The position numbers were made by a program, and so were the translations under genes. A stretch of DNA of 64,000 nucleotides. It comes from Balanoglossus misakiensis (taxonomy: Eukaryota; Animalia; Hemichordata). The DNA is taken from assembly GCA_040954595.2 (NCBI GenBank), contig CM082576.2, positions 5,829,029 to 5,893,028 on the forward strand, in the 5' to 3' direction. Position 1 is the first letter of the stretch. The number at the start of each line of letters is the position of its first letter. Shown in pieces: positions 38,393 through 51,200 of this stretch. The notes below the pieces were generated by a model that saw nothing but the letters and a program-made list of their open reading frames with translations, was not told where the DNA came from and made no database searches.

Positions 38393-41300
38393 GCCAGCCA
38401 GCCAGCCAGACAGACAGACAGTCAACCGTAGAAATTGGCGTATACACAAAAATAAACGACACCAGCGACTGCTCGTGGCTCATGCACATGGCCCAACTAA
38501 TGACAGATGGGTATTTAAATTAACTATGATACTTGCATATCTCAAATGAACCAATGTTTGTTAATGGTGTAACGATGACATTGTTCGTTCCCATTTACAA
38601 ATCAATCCCCTGTCACAGGTTTCAATTTTCAAAAGTTAAACTGTGAACTCTTGGATTTCCATTGACGTGTGTTGATTTTCTGATTGCTCAAGTTTGACAT
38701 TTAATGCTTTTGGAGGGCTACCTTTTATGACCCGACACTGATTTTACACTTGGTTGAATAAACGTGTGACCCATTTACATGTAAGGTTTAAAAGAAGGCG
38801 CATGCTCAAACAGAGAATGAAGGAGGATTCTCTGTCTCTTTCCCCATCCCTCCCGGATGTTAAGGTTGCTAAGCTGGCTATATGACAAGCACTTGTTTTC
38901 GTAAGTGATGATTTTCCGCTTGGTTAATTTCCTGTGTCACGTGAGAATGTCCTCCCATATTCCCTTCCAACCCTCGCGAGGTCTCGTGGACTTCGGAAAA
39001 TGATCTATTGCACCATCGCCATGTAGGAGCACAGAAGGAGACCGGTGCAGTCACCAGTCTATGTAGTTTTTATTTTTTAAACAAACTTTGCTATGTTCAT
39101 AACTTGTGAACAAGCATTGATAGTCTTTGCAATGAAAGTACTAACAAAGTCGATTTTAGGTCAACGTACAGTAATCGTATCGTTCTGCGGTGATTTTGCA
39201 TTTTTGTTGTTCAATTAGTTTAACATAGAAGACAGTTTCAGCGTATAATTGCTGAGGAAATATGTTTTCTCGGACAACCATAGGTCCAATCTCTTATAAC
39301 TACTGAGACTTTGGGATTTCAAGTTTAATGGTATGATGTCTTATCAGTGCCGTGTAGATATTGAATGTGATATGTATGCCGATTTGGGAGAAAGGGACGG
39401 AGTACTTCCGTGTTTGTAAATTCAACAGGGAAATCGAAATCACATTGATCTGGATACATGCATTGATTAGAAAATCTTATATTAGACTTCGAGGCTACAA
39501 GTTATAACGCAGATGGTTTTGGTCCCTTAAGTATCTTTTCTGTCAAAAATCGATAATGATCTGTCGAGCGTGTATAGAAGCGACCTCATTATTATGAAAA
39601 AAGGTTCGTGCAGCCATCAATAAATATAAATTACAATGACCATAACACGACCCAAAAATAGTTCCTTTGATAATGGCATATTCAGATGTATACATGTACT
39701 GGTTTACATATATGGATATGGCAGGCCTATGTAGTTCTGCAGAGAAACCAGTCGGCGCCAGTCTGGAGCACTCGAATTTCAGAGAACCGCAACGACTTTT
39801 CAAGATGTAGAACATCAAACTGCCCATTAAAAAGTCATTGTCAATGACATAGTCTCCGCTCGATAGGATATTAAGGAAATCCTGGGGGAAATTAAACCAT
39901 TCAAGACATGCCTGCAAAATGGCTTTAACAATGTGTCTAATAAATGATTGGCCTGTGTAGCGTATTGAAGCCTTTGTAAGAAATATTTTCGGACGCATAT
40001 GACATAGGTACATCATAGTACATTGTACCAAGTTTGACTGAAATAAGTGCAGGTTTTCCTGGGCAATGGCTCCAGACCGACGGACGGAGGCTAATCCATC
40101 AGTCCGAGTGGACAAAAAGGAGTCTACTGGTCAACCCGGTTTAATAGGCCGAGTAACACATGTGACGCCATGGCCTCTAAAAATAACCCGTTGTATATGC
40201 GTTTGCTAAATAAATATAATGCTTCCATTAACAAATGCACGTCACTTTAACAAGGCTATGGGCTACGTGTATACCACTTCGTATTATGACTTTGAACATG
40301 CCACTAATGTTCAGGCGGCAATAATTCCCTCAGTATAATCACTCTTTGGGGTTTAACCTCGCAACTCTGAAGTAAGTCAGCAACATTTGATAATGATCAC
40401 ATAAATCAGATGTCACAGCCCTGGGTCACAGATATCAAATTTGTTTTTCAGCTTTCAAACTACATCAGCTATGCTGTCCACTGGTGATAAGTCAAATGTT
40501 TAGTGAGCATATTACTGCTATTTACGTCAAAATAGTGTCATTTGTAAGAAGTTAACATACTAGATATAACCAAACATAAGTATCATGTGACTTAGATGTA
40601 ACATGTGTAAATGCGTTCTTTGTCCTGTGTGCTTTGGAACAGGATGGGTATGATTGCATCTACTCAACTTTAATTCGATGAGAAAATATGTAGTTTATCT
40701 CGCTCTCTCGACAAAAGCCAAATGTCATTAAACCATGACCCTTACTTTAGAACGACATGGCAAAACTAATCGTATCCAAGGGTATTTACGTCTGCAACTG
40801 TTGACTTAAGTGTGAAATCGTCGAATTTGACGGAAACGTTGAAACGATACATGTCTCTCTGATGGAATCTTTAAATGGGAAATTTCGGAGAGGCGATGAA
40901 TCGTGCTAAGGGTTCCTGTCATTGAGTAATGGGAGACGTATATATTCATGTATGGTCTTGTTTTAAGTACGTGTCATGTCTCCCTTTCTTGGGGACAAAT
41001 CTTCTATGTTATCTCAAGACCATCTGTATTACATTGACCCCAATTTACATTATAAACCAATTGTAACGCTCTCTCTCTCGCTGAAAAATTATATACAGTT
41101 TGCTTTTATTTCATCAGGCAGTACACACATTTCGACACAAATGATAAACAGATACGGTGACAAAGATAACTTTGTCCGACGCCTCTTTCTTGAGAGAGAA
41201 AGGAAAAGTTGCCATTCTCTATGGCACAGCTAATAATTAATATTTGCATCAAAGACTTTAATCCGTCTTCGAAAGGATTAGCCAAACACGAAGAACACTA

Positions 41301-44300
41301 TCAATGCCTTTCCAAGAAAGAGTAATGAAAGCCTTGTCAATTGAGCAATGCGGAAGTAGGATGGCCATTGTTCATGCGAAAGCTGTATTTTGTTGGCTTT
41401 TGGAATACGAGTAATAATCTTTGGAGAATACAAACATTTCACTTTGTGAAATTGAGACTCGGTAGAGTTAAGAGCTAGGATTGCGTTTCCACCGGCGGGT
41501 CAGAAAACGTTATGCTAGAAGCCATAGCGTCTTGTGATTTTGCATCTATCCCCTACTCGTCGGCGGTTTCGCGAATTGTTTTTTTTTAACAAGATTCACA
41601 TACTCGACGTCACGTGAGGGTGACGTATTGAATTTCCAGAAACATTTACCACACCCACTTTGAGTTAGCTCCAAGGACTATAGTTGTCACTATACGATAA
41701 CCGGTCGTGACGAATGACAGTGTCATATTAACAAAATCCGGTGTGACAAGGAAATAATCTAATCTACTGTGAATAACTGTAGGATAGTACTTACGCCAGG
41801 TAAATTGACGTGGGATCTGGTTTGTCATGCGCCAGATGTCTATTAAATTATACTCGTTGCGAAGAAGATGAATTGGGTGACGCTCATCTGGGCGACTGTA
41901 TCACTACATGTCAGCCCCTGTGTGTGTGTGTGTCAGCATGTGTCTGTGTACGTGTTGATATTGAAATCACACATCGTACACACCACTGACCATATTATAT
42001 CTATCGACTTCTATTCGACAGTTTGAAGCCTCAATGGAAGTTTCATACTTTGCTGAGCAAGAACACCTGCTACCCTTTCTTGCTCATACATATCACATGT
42101 TCTTAACTTAAACTGAAGATTGATTGCAGAGGCTAGGCCTGGCATTACTTTGTTGGTTTTCCGTTTAGAGCAAAGGCATGCTGTTCGTCGGCCACGACGT
42201 ATATATTAAGTCGTCAAATTTAACTGATCCTCGGAGGGTTTATTTTAGTAATAATTATGTCATATTGAATTTACAGACTTTCTATTATCGTCCTATTTGA
42301 AATTATTCGCATTCCAACTCGAAAAATAACTCTTGCCTCCACAGGCTTCCCTTTCAGTTGCGCATGCGCTATTCAGGTGTAATCGCCCGTGATTGTGAAT
42401 GTTTTCCTACGCAACTTGTCAAACGCCTGCTTTTGTCCTTGACATAGATTTGCTGAGTTCACGAGTGATGCGATACTTTCACTGATGATACCATACCAAT
42501 AAGCCGATTTGCATTTTGTCCACTCAATAGTACGTTGTTAATCAATTATGTATCACGTGTTTGCTTTGCCCCAATCAGATACATACAGAAGCTTTCCCAG
42601 CCCTGTGGCGATGATACTAAACTAACATCTAAACAAACAAAACACACTTTACCGTTCACTTACTCAAATTACCGGACTTATCTCCTCTCATTTTTACCAT
42701 TATACCATAAGCCTCGTAGGAAATCGAGACGATTGCACGTAAAAGATATTAAACCTTATACCGTTCCGTGTACTTTTTGTTTCCGTTCTGTAAAGACGGT
42801 TCGAAGTTATTAGTTATTTCGAGTTACGTACTTTTGAAACTTTTGATAAACATGGCATAGATTGAAGTGTCCAGTCGAGCCTTGTCGTGATCGGTGCCAA
42901 TCTCCCCTTAACAATGATGACAACCGTCAGTTTTGACATTTCGGTTGTCCCCACGGAATATATTATGAAACAAAAAATATCTTAGTCTCCTCGCGGCGAC
43001 TCGAGTCGCGGTCTCGCGGCCAGCAGTGATTTCAAAAGAACCAATTGTGTCCCCAGCGACTGCCATTTCCTTCACGGGATTAAGTCTCCTGCTGTGAGAG
43101 AGTATATAATTTTAACGTTTAGCGATTATCCCATGACGTCCATTCCTGTTATTCGTCCTACGCAACATATTATCAAAAGCTTGACTCTTAGCGGAAAAAA
43201 AGTATATGGGACGTGACAACCCACGTATTCTTGTCACCAGATTGACACCCACCACTTAAGTACAACACATTTCATATGACAGACCAGAAGTGCGAGATTC
43301 TGATTACCTGTTCCTTTTCTCAGTGACAATTTTAATATTAATGATAGAAACATAACATTTTGTTTTACGAGGAATCCGTGTTATTCTATTTCTACATTTG
43401 GAACTCTAGCCACTTGCTATGATTTGAACACACTAAAATGAATTTAGAGTTTTTCCTTCTACATGTATTGTATTTTCAAAAGAGGAGAGAAGAAATGACT
43501 GACAGAGCGCATTCGTTATCACATCTCACAGAATGTAGATGGTAGTTTGATGATGAAATTGCTTCAATCATCCAGGCCAAGCCACAACTCTTATTTTTTC
43601 AGTTTGTGATGGAAAGCCCCTGCAGACAGCATAGTGGGATATCAAAACCGACCAAATAATCATGATACAGTTCATCATCGTTTCATCGATAAGAATATTT
43701 CATGTCCCTTTAGTTTCCTTATCTCACTTACGGCAAATTGTTTGAATCGATGTAATATAATATCACTGATATGTCTCTGAGTAAGAAATCTGAACTCGCA
43801 GCTAACCATCACTCTTTGAGTGCAATCCGATTTATCGCATCCAGAAATAAATGATGCAAGTATATGACGACGTAACTGCGGAAATACTGCTTTTACTGAA
43901 AGAAATCGGAGTTATGCTTCGAGCTGGGTCCGAGAAACAATCACTTGCATATATAACTTGCCTAGGGCCAAATGAAAACGCGAAACCCAATCCCTTTGAA
44001 CTTCATCTGTGGTGACTGATAAAATTCTCTGGCTTCGCAAGCACGTGGCTGTGACGTAGGATGTTTTCCTCTTCTCGTCTCATCTCATCTTAATCCGCGT
44101 TCGCTCTCGCATGCGTATTGCCAATGGATATAATTTGTTGTTCTGTACTATACTAGTCGACATCACAACGCTGTACATGATTGTACATGGTTACCTAGCA
44201 ATATCACCGTTTTATACTTTCCTATAAAGGAGTTCAATTTCTGCAGGCCACAAATTACGAAGAAAGTGGGAAAGTAAATTAACGCTTCTCCGACATAAAT

Positions 44301-47085
44301 AACACACTGATTTGATATTATTTCTTCCACAAACGTTATGAACCATATCGACCTTGACATTACAGATGTGATAGTTTTAAATAGAGATATCAAAGATTTA
44401 ATTCAGTTTAATTCTTTGTATTCAATTGTATGGTACTAAAATCACGTCCTAAACACCAAATATATGTCGAGAACAAAATGAATTTGTTCGATCTCATGAG
44501 TTTCACTCGGCAGACAAGAAGTCGCCCGGTTAATGATCTCTGGAGGGTTTCAATTGGAAGTAAAATTGGCAAGATGGTGGAGGCATGATATGTGAATTAA
44601 TGGCTTAACGTTTGAGAAAGAAAAAAAAGATAAGCTCAATGATGATGTGTTTGTCAGCGCAGAAAATCAAAAGCTAAGCCGATGTCCTGCTGTCGATAAA
44701 ACCATCATCGACATTGATTTTTAACGGAAAAAAACAACACTGTAACCGTACAGTATACTTCAACATCAAATTCCAGAAAAAGCAGATTTTCTGCTTAGTT
44801 CCGTGGTTTTATATCAAAATCGGCAGATCTTCTCTCTCTCTCTCTCTATCTTAAGCTTGTTCGTGTATTTGTCTCCCCCCTTCCTGTCTGCGCGTGTGTC
44901 TAGTACTACCCGTCTGTCTGTCAGTGCATGAGATTGGGCGTGTGCATCTGCGTCCGTTGCAGTCAACTGGTCTATATGTCTGCCTGCCTCTATGTCCCTG
45001 TGGTCTTTATTAGGGAACGGTCGATTTCTTCGGCTGGGGGTGTATAGGTGGGCACCCCCTTCTTTTGAAATGCTCTATAGGAGGTCTCCTTGTTCAACAT
45101 ACAAAAGCTCATTTAGAGGGGGGGGGGCAGTTTGTTTTGATTATATGGAAGGACAAATTTCAGAGAAGTCCATCATTACATACAATACACATTGAATCAG
45201 CCACGAGGTATCTGTTTAACGTATGGCGTATTCCGGGAAAAAGCAGTCTGAAATTTTCTTCGATTCACCAGTTAAACTAATAGGCTGATATAAATGTTAA
45301 CATTCTCTATGATTTAATTATTTCGAAGCATTGGCTCCACTTAGATAATCATTTCAATACTCATAACATTCTACAATAAAGTTTATAAGTACTTCTGGAA
45401 ACACGTCATTGTTATAATCGAATATATTAATTAATTTAGACATTTTATATCATAACAGCGCCAGTGCGACGCGTCTCCAATCCCACATTAGTACATTAGA
45501 AAATACTAGTACTGTCGGTGCATGTGTGCACGTCCACAAAACAGTAATTTCATCTGAGTGCGTTATTCCATCAAACGACGAATTTCTTGAACAAACTGCC
45601 GAGTGCTTTAATTTCATTGCGTGTCTTCCTGTGAATATGACCATGCGCAACAATTTATAGAACATCCTTGAATGCAGAGGTTAAAATTGGCGGGATAATG
45701 TGCATCTGTAGGCATCCCCTTAGCATCACGGAAACTAGTTTCCTATTTTTAATTATTTAATCCTATTATAGTTCAGTTCAGTGTGGGTCATCCTCTTTTC
45801 GAACGTAGGGTCAATCTGCTTCGCTTTTTTTTTTACCAGCGGATCAACTAACCGGTTCATCACGTGATCCTCGAATATTTTACACTGTTGATGAATGGTA
45901 CACACGAAAAGGGGAGATTTCCCCTGATAAATGCTATTAACAAAGTTAGTCTTTCGAAAATAGCGAAAATCGAGATCGATGGCATTCGTGTCCTTCACCC
46001 GACGGTCGGCATATCTGTTGACTGTAGCGCGTGCGGTACCCGATGGACATTGCGGATCGCAGTCGGCAACGAGTACTTCTTCTTGTAATGCTGGTGATGT
46101 CGCGATCGCCTCATACAAACGAGATACTAGTTTTATCATGAAAGGGGGCACAGATGCCCCATTACTGGGTCAAAGAAGACCATGAGCAGTCGTTAAATGA
46201 GTTCATTCGTTCTCGCCCTGTTTGCGTCTTTCAAATCAATTATCTCGACTGAATTGTGATGGGGACTGATTTAGTGTCAAACTCCGCTACTTTATTCCGC
46301 ATCTGTAAGTTGTTGCGCGATAATGAACAAAGATGGCATGCCCATGCTTCAAGCACAGTGTAATGCGATATTGTTCCCACCTCGCGACCGCGCGATCGCT
46401 CGTGGGAGAATTTAGGTTTTCACATTTTCGCGTTAAATAGGCACGACAACTATGACCATAAAATACCGCATTAGTCCATGATCTCGTATTTTACAAGACT
46501 GTTAATTTGTTGCCATGTGTGTGCATGTTGCTGACGGTATGTAAGCCCCTCGATTTCTTAAAGACACACGCATAGCTGTTACATGTAATTATGTTAAATG
46601 AGATCGTGTGCACTAATTCGCACGCCCAGGACAATATTGCGGTTGGTGTCACTCGGTGCGGTAAAAAAACCAAGCAGCAACAGTTGGCGAAGGCTATCAC
46701 TCGTGTGCTTTATTGATTGTACGCACTAACGCTTTGTCGACGCTTTCCTCCTATAGACATCAATACCATGTACATTAATGGCGTTTGTACCAACTACGTG
46801 GTCCTGCCCAGTGCTCTAGTCCACGACATCTGAAAACACGTGTCTGATGTATTAACCCTTCAAAGTATACACAAAAAGAAACATGCACATTAAAAAAGCA
46901 TTTGCGGTTTATACTCACCCTATGAACATTATGACTCCAACTTTAGCTATGTCCTCTTGGAGGATTTTCCAGGTGTTCAGTAGTAATTTCTTCTGGTGTT
47001 CAGTAAGCGACGGTTTGCTGCTTGGCTTTGGACTGTCTTCTCGTTTCGGGGACACACAGTTATGATGCGAATTGCTGCAACCCAT
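31639..47085 (-). CDS. GbX: Globin X-like membrane-anchored globin, 3 coding exons, ~203 aa
   Basis: Exons 47085-46919 (MGCSNS...LTEHQKKLLLNTWKILQEDIAKVGVIMFIG), 33810-33585 (VFENHPECKESF...ELKAHGLRVM...LAEKHVRYG) and 31857-31639 (LFGPQFIRAIQPTLQDHWTEEIESAW...) sum to 612 nt. PheCD1, HisE7 and HisF8 are present. QEDIAKVG, HPECK and AHGLRVM match globin X as I recall it. Intron phases fit B12.2 and G7.0. Confidence 0.92.
34984..35778 (+). mobile_element. Probable solo LTR (~795 bp, Gypsy-like) in globin intron 1
   Basis: TGTAGCAAC...GTCGTAACA termini, TATAAAA at ~35096, GC-richer interior, internal direct repeat tttgaggtaatacgtggctgtct x2, related fragment at 26415. No clean TSD. Confidence 0.6.
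38313..38420. repeat. (GACA)n microsatellite
   Basis: Directly visible. Confidence 0.95.
41620..41860 (-). mobile_element. Degenerate L1/Tx1-type LINE endonuclease fragment
   Basis: Minus translation NEYNLIDIWRMTNQIPRQFTWRKYYPTVIHSRLDYFLV, then after a frameshift GKCFWKFNTS; these match APE-domain C-terminal motifs of L1/Tx1 ORF2. Confidence 0.85.
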
Positions 47086-47354
47086 TGCGTTTTAACAAGC
47101 AGCCCGAAAGTCAGTCTGATGTAGGGCTGGTATTGTAGGATATGATTGCACAGACAACACGTACATGTACGACACCCACCGCCGATTTCCCGTACAGCAT
47201 GTATTAAGCCCTAAACCGACTGACGCATTCTGTACATCGGTTTCTGCCGTCGGAATGTCAAGTGTTACTTGAAATGGTGGTAGGCCCCCTAGGATGATGT
47301 TTAAAATCAGTCGTGCTCAGATGACTATGTTTACAGCTGGCGTTTCTCTCAGAA

Positions 47355-47385
47355 TGACGTCAGGAATGAGGTCACTTCAGGGTCA
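47355..47385. promoter_or_regulatory. Candidate CRE (TGACGTCA) plus DR5 nuclear-receptor element (AGGTCA-n5-GGGTCA)
   Basis: Consensus matches at 47355-47362 and 47369-47385, ~270-300 bp upstream of the globin ATG. Confidence 0.5.
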
Positions 47386-47696
47386 AGCTTTGTTTTGTAG
47401 GTAAGTTAAGTGTGTTCTTTCCAAGACACGACGTTCAAAGTCAGGAGGGTGGGGGAACACTGCAGTTTCGATCACTGCCCACCTCGAAATGTTCGTAAAC
47501 AACGCCAGTGACGTTTTCCCACGCATTATGATAAAAACATGTTTAAGTAAGGAAATATATGTGTATGGAAAATGACTTTACGGTGACTGTGTCAACGTTT
47601 AATATTGAAGAGATTAATTTCAAAATTACGCACGAGATGATGATGATGATAAATGCGGGTATTTAAAATTTTTTAAATTCAATTAATAAAACTAAC

Positions 47697-47843
<147 letters not shown>

Positions 47844-48175
47844 TGGTGATTTTGAGAGGTCGCTCGAAAGCCTTGTAAGCCATCCATTACACATGGATTA
47901 GATAAATTGCGAGACCAGGCCACCATCATAAAGGCTATTTTTATCCAACAAGGTTGTTAACATTACGTAAAATAAGCGAGCTACGGAAGACTCGAAGGTC
48001 TCCTGACGTGTGTATATGCGATTTGCGTTTGGTGCAAATTTGCTATGTGTTCATACTGGGCAAGTCATTCAAAGGTTATTTGCGTAGTCCACTCTCTCCT
48101 GCCAATACAAATAAAATAAGTGGAAGTTAAGACAGGATCGGTACTACGAGATTCACAGTGTGTTTGTTTGTTTTT

Positions 48176-48262
48176 TGTTTGTGTTTGTGTTTGTGTTTGT
48201 GTTTGTGTTTGTGTTTGTGTTTGTGTTTGTGTTTGTGTTTGTGTTTGTGTTTGTGTTTGTGT
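48176..48262. repeat. (GTTTGT)n microsatellite
   Basis: Directly visible. Confidence 0.95.
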
Positions 48263-51200
48263 TCTAGACATTCGGGGGCGCGGGCGGTCCGTTCCAAGTA
48301 ATGGTCCGTTCCAAGCGCATGGTTAGTGGCTTGGTCAACGATATTTTCACCCAACGTTCTCTTAGGTTCCCAAAGTGAGTTTTGTATCAGCAGGTTATCT
48401 ACGACATAACCCATATGGAGGAGTCCGTTAACAAATTATCATATTGAGTATATTGTACCGCTTAAAGCGAGTTAAAAATAGCACACTGTACATTCAATGT
48501 GTTTGATTGTATGTCAGACAAAATCGTGATAGTCAGTGTGTGTCTGTTGGCGTGTTGGCTGTGACACCTCGCGGTAGCATCATCGTCATATCTAACTCCC
48601 GGGGGACAGTTGGCCCCATATATTGGATGCAATCTGACAACTTATGAAACATTCACAAATACCGAGAATAGTATTAATTAATTATTAATTGATGATTTCA
48701 TCGATATGGTCCAGAACGAGGAATACGTGACGGAAAATAAACCCGATGTGATTTCGTCTACATCTAAATAAATTCTAATAATATATTGTTCTTGCTGAAG
48801 AACTGCGACGGATGAATGATAACATGTTTCGTGGAAGATTTTCCCAGCATTTAGATTGGGATAGACCGTAACTTGCCGTTTAAATTTACTCGTAGCAAGT
48901 AATGGTCACGAATGCGAATGAAGTCCGGCCGCGAACGACTGTTGTCATCTCGTAGATTGGAAAATCCAAACGAGGTGGCATTAGGGTGTACATTTACAAA
49001 CAAGAGAATGGGATTAGCGGCGCGACGTGCAAATGAGGACGTTCCGCAGACATTGCTGCCGCTGTGCTGGAGTTATGTCTTCAGAAATTTAATTCTAACG
49101 CACAAAGCGCTCATAAAATAAACCACAGCGTTAAAGTTAATTATGCTGGAGTGAAATTAAAGCTAACCCATTTTATCTCCGACTGTATATATTTCTGGCT
49201 ATTTTAATTCCAGGGTTACACCGACCGTGTGCGTAAATTGTTGACATGGATGTAAATTAAGCTGACACCACTGAGGAAATACTTTAAATTATTAGATGAT
49301 AATTGTTAATGCTCGTACGTGTGATCTGGTGAAAGGGAGACTTAACTATTAAGGCAGAACAGCTGTGCCATTATCACGCCCAGGAATGAAAATGCGCTGA
49401 AATGATTTTGCTCGCGTGTCTGTTACCACAATCTGAACCGCATGTAGTCACGCCAATCGGCTTCCAGGAACTCCCGGCGCATATAGAAAACGGAAAATGC
49501 GGTCAATCCCGCATGAATTCATAAAGGAAGCCATCAAAATATCACGACACAAACAGATGTTTCAAATTGGTGAGCCAAACGACGTATATCATGCTCGGTT
49601 ACATAATGTCGTTAAATAACGTGATGAATTTGCGTGGTTAATTTTCAAAATTGAATGATTTATACTTTGTAGTTTTTGCCCTTTACTAAAATCTAAACTA
49701 TTTCTATATGAACGACCTTTAACAAAATTTCTGGAGTAAGGGGCATCTGACAAATTGATCAAACAACATTTAGCAAAGATTTCAGAATAGTGGGCAGATG
49801 AAAAATTGACTAACAATCCGGTTTATATACTATATGTATTATATATACATGTATGTTGAGTCAGGTGATTCGAAATCTTACCGTATACATGCAAGATCTT
49901 AATGCATACATGTACTCCCATTTTCCGCCGACTGGCCGCAATATTGATTTTATTTCATATCCATATCATGAGCCATTAATCTGATTGAAATATGAAATAT
50001 GAATCTACACAACCTAGTTGTAAAAGGACCCATTAAAACATTGGCTATATATTCTGCCCAGAACAACGCTTAGTCGAGAACAATATACAAGTGAAGGTAT
50101 TCCAGTGTGGATGAGTTTCACTTCATTCAATACCGACTCACTTATATGTGGCTGATCATAATTCTGAAAATTGTCGCACATAAACCAAGCTGAGTTATCA
50201 CCATATTAATTTCGCGTTCAGGCATATTGATGGTTAACATACTGTGAACATTCTAAATTTAATAATCTCACGACGACGACGATGATGATATTTTGCATTA
50301 TTTACGTACACGTGTCAATTTTTGCTATGGTCCAGCTCAATTGTATTTAAAAAATCCAGATTCCATCGAAAAGATACACGTAGTTCAGGAACAAGAAAGA
50401 AAAAAAACGTGATAAGTGAATGTAAGCTGTCAGTGAGTCGTGTCTCATTGCAATCCCAAGAGAATTTAATGAAGCATTTCGTTATACCCGTTATGCATTA
50501 AACACTGCTCAAGTAAATGACACGCTGTCCAGAGTGTTCACAACCCAGGGGCTATAGACCTTCCTTCGTTTTTTACGCAAGCTATCATTTGAATCACACT
50601 GATTCCTCAAGGGTTTCCTTCGCGGATGCAAAGACATTCGTGGTGAAGATTTATTTCCCCTTACTTCCTCTCATTCGCATGCTCTTACCATTTCAAAGTT
50701 TACACAGAAAATGAGCCCATTTCACGACTGTACATAGCCACACAGATGTTCAGTAATTATGTGCTCTTCGTAATAGATTTTACGAGAATATTTTCGGTTC
50801 TGGAGAGATGCACGTTTGAGGTAGCTTGTGGGGTTCCTATGGGCATTTTCTTCAAAATTCCCCAAAAATACTCTTGTTTCGTTCATACATCCAACTAATT
50901 TTAAATCATACGTTGCCATGATTTTTTCAGGTTAGACATCAAGACTGGACACATTTCAGCGTCATAGGATATATATTTAATTTAAAGATAAAAGTTTTGT
51001 TGATTACAGTGGAATGAATATATTAAAGGGAACATGTGTTCTGTCCCCGGATTTCGCTAACAAACTTAACTCCTGACAGTTCAAGCACGGATAGTGTGGC
51101 ACGGTAGGCGATAGTGTTGACAACGATCGTAAAATTCAATTATGTATCAAACCAGACAAGATAACACAGGCGTCAACGGAAAGACATTGGGATTACGAAC

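Noticed and set aside
39543-40115. 190-aa intronic ORF
   Set aside because: Non-ATG start, no motif and no supporting exon structure.
45753-46185. 132-aa ORF and overlapping ORFs in globin intron 1
   Set aside because: No recognisable homology, and the globin frame is complete without them.
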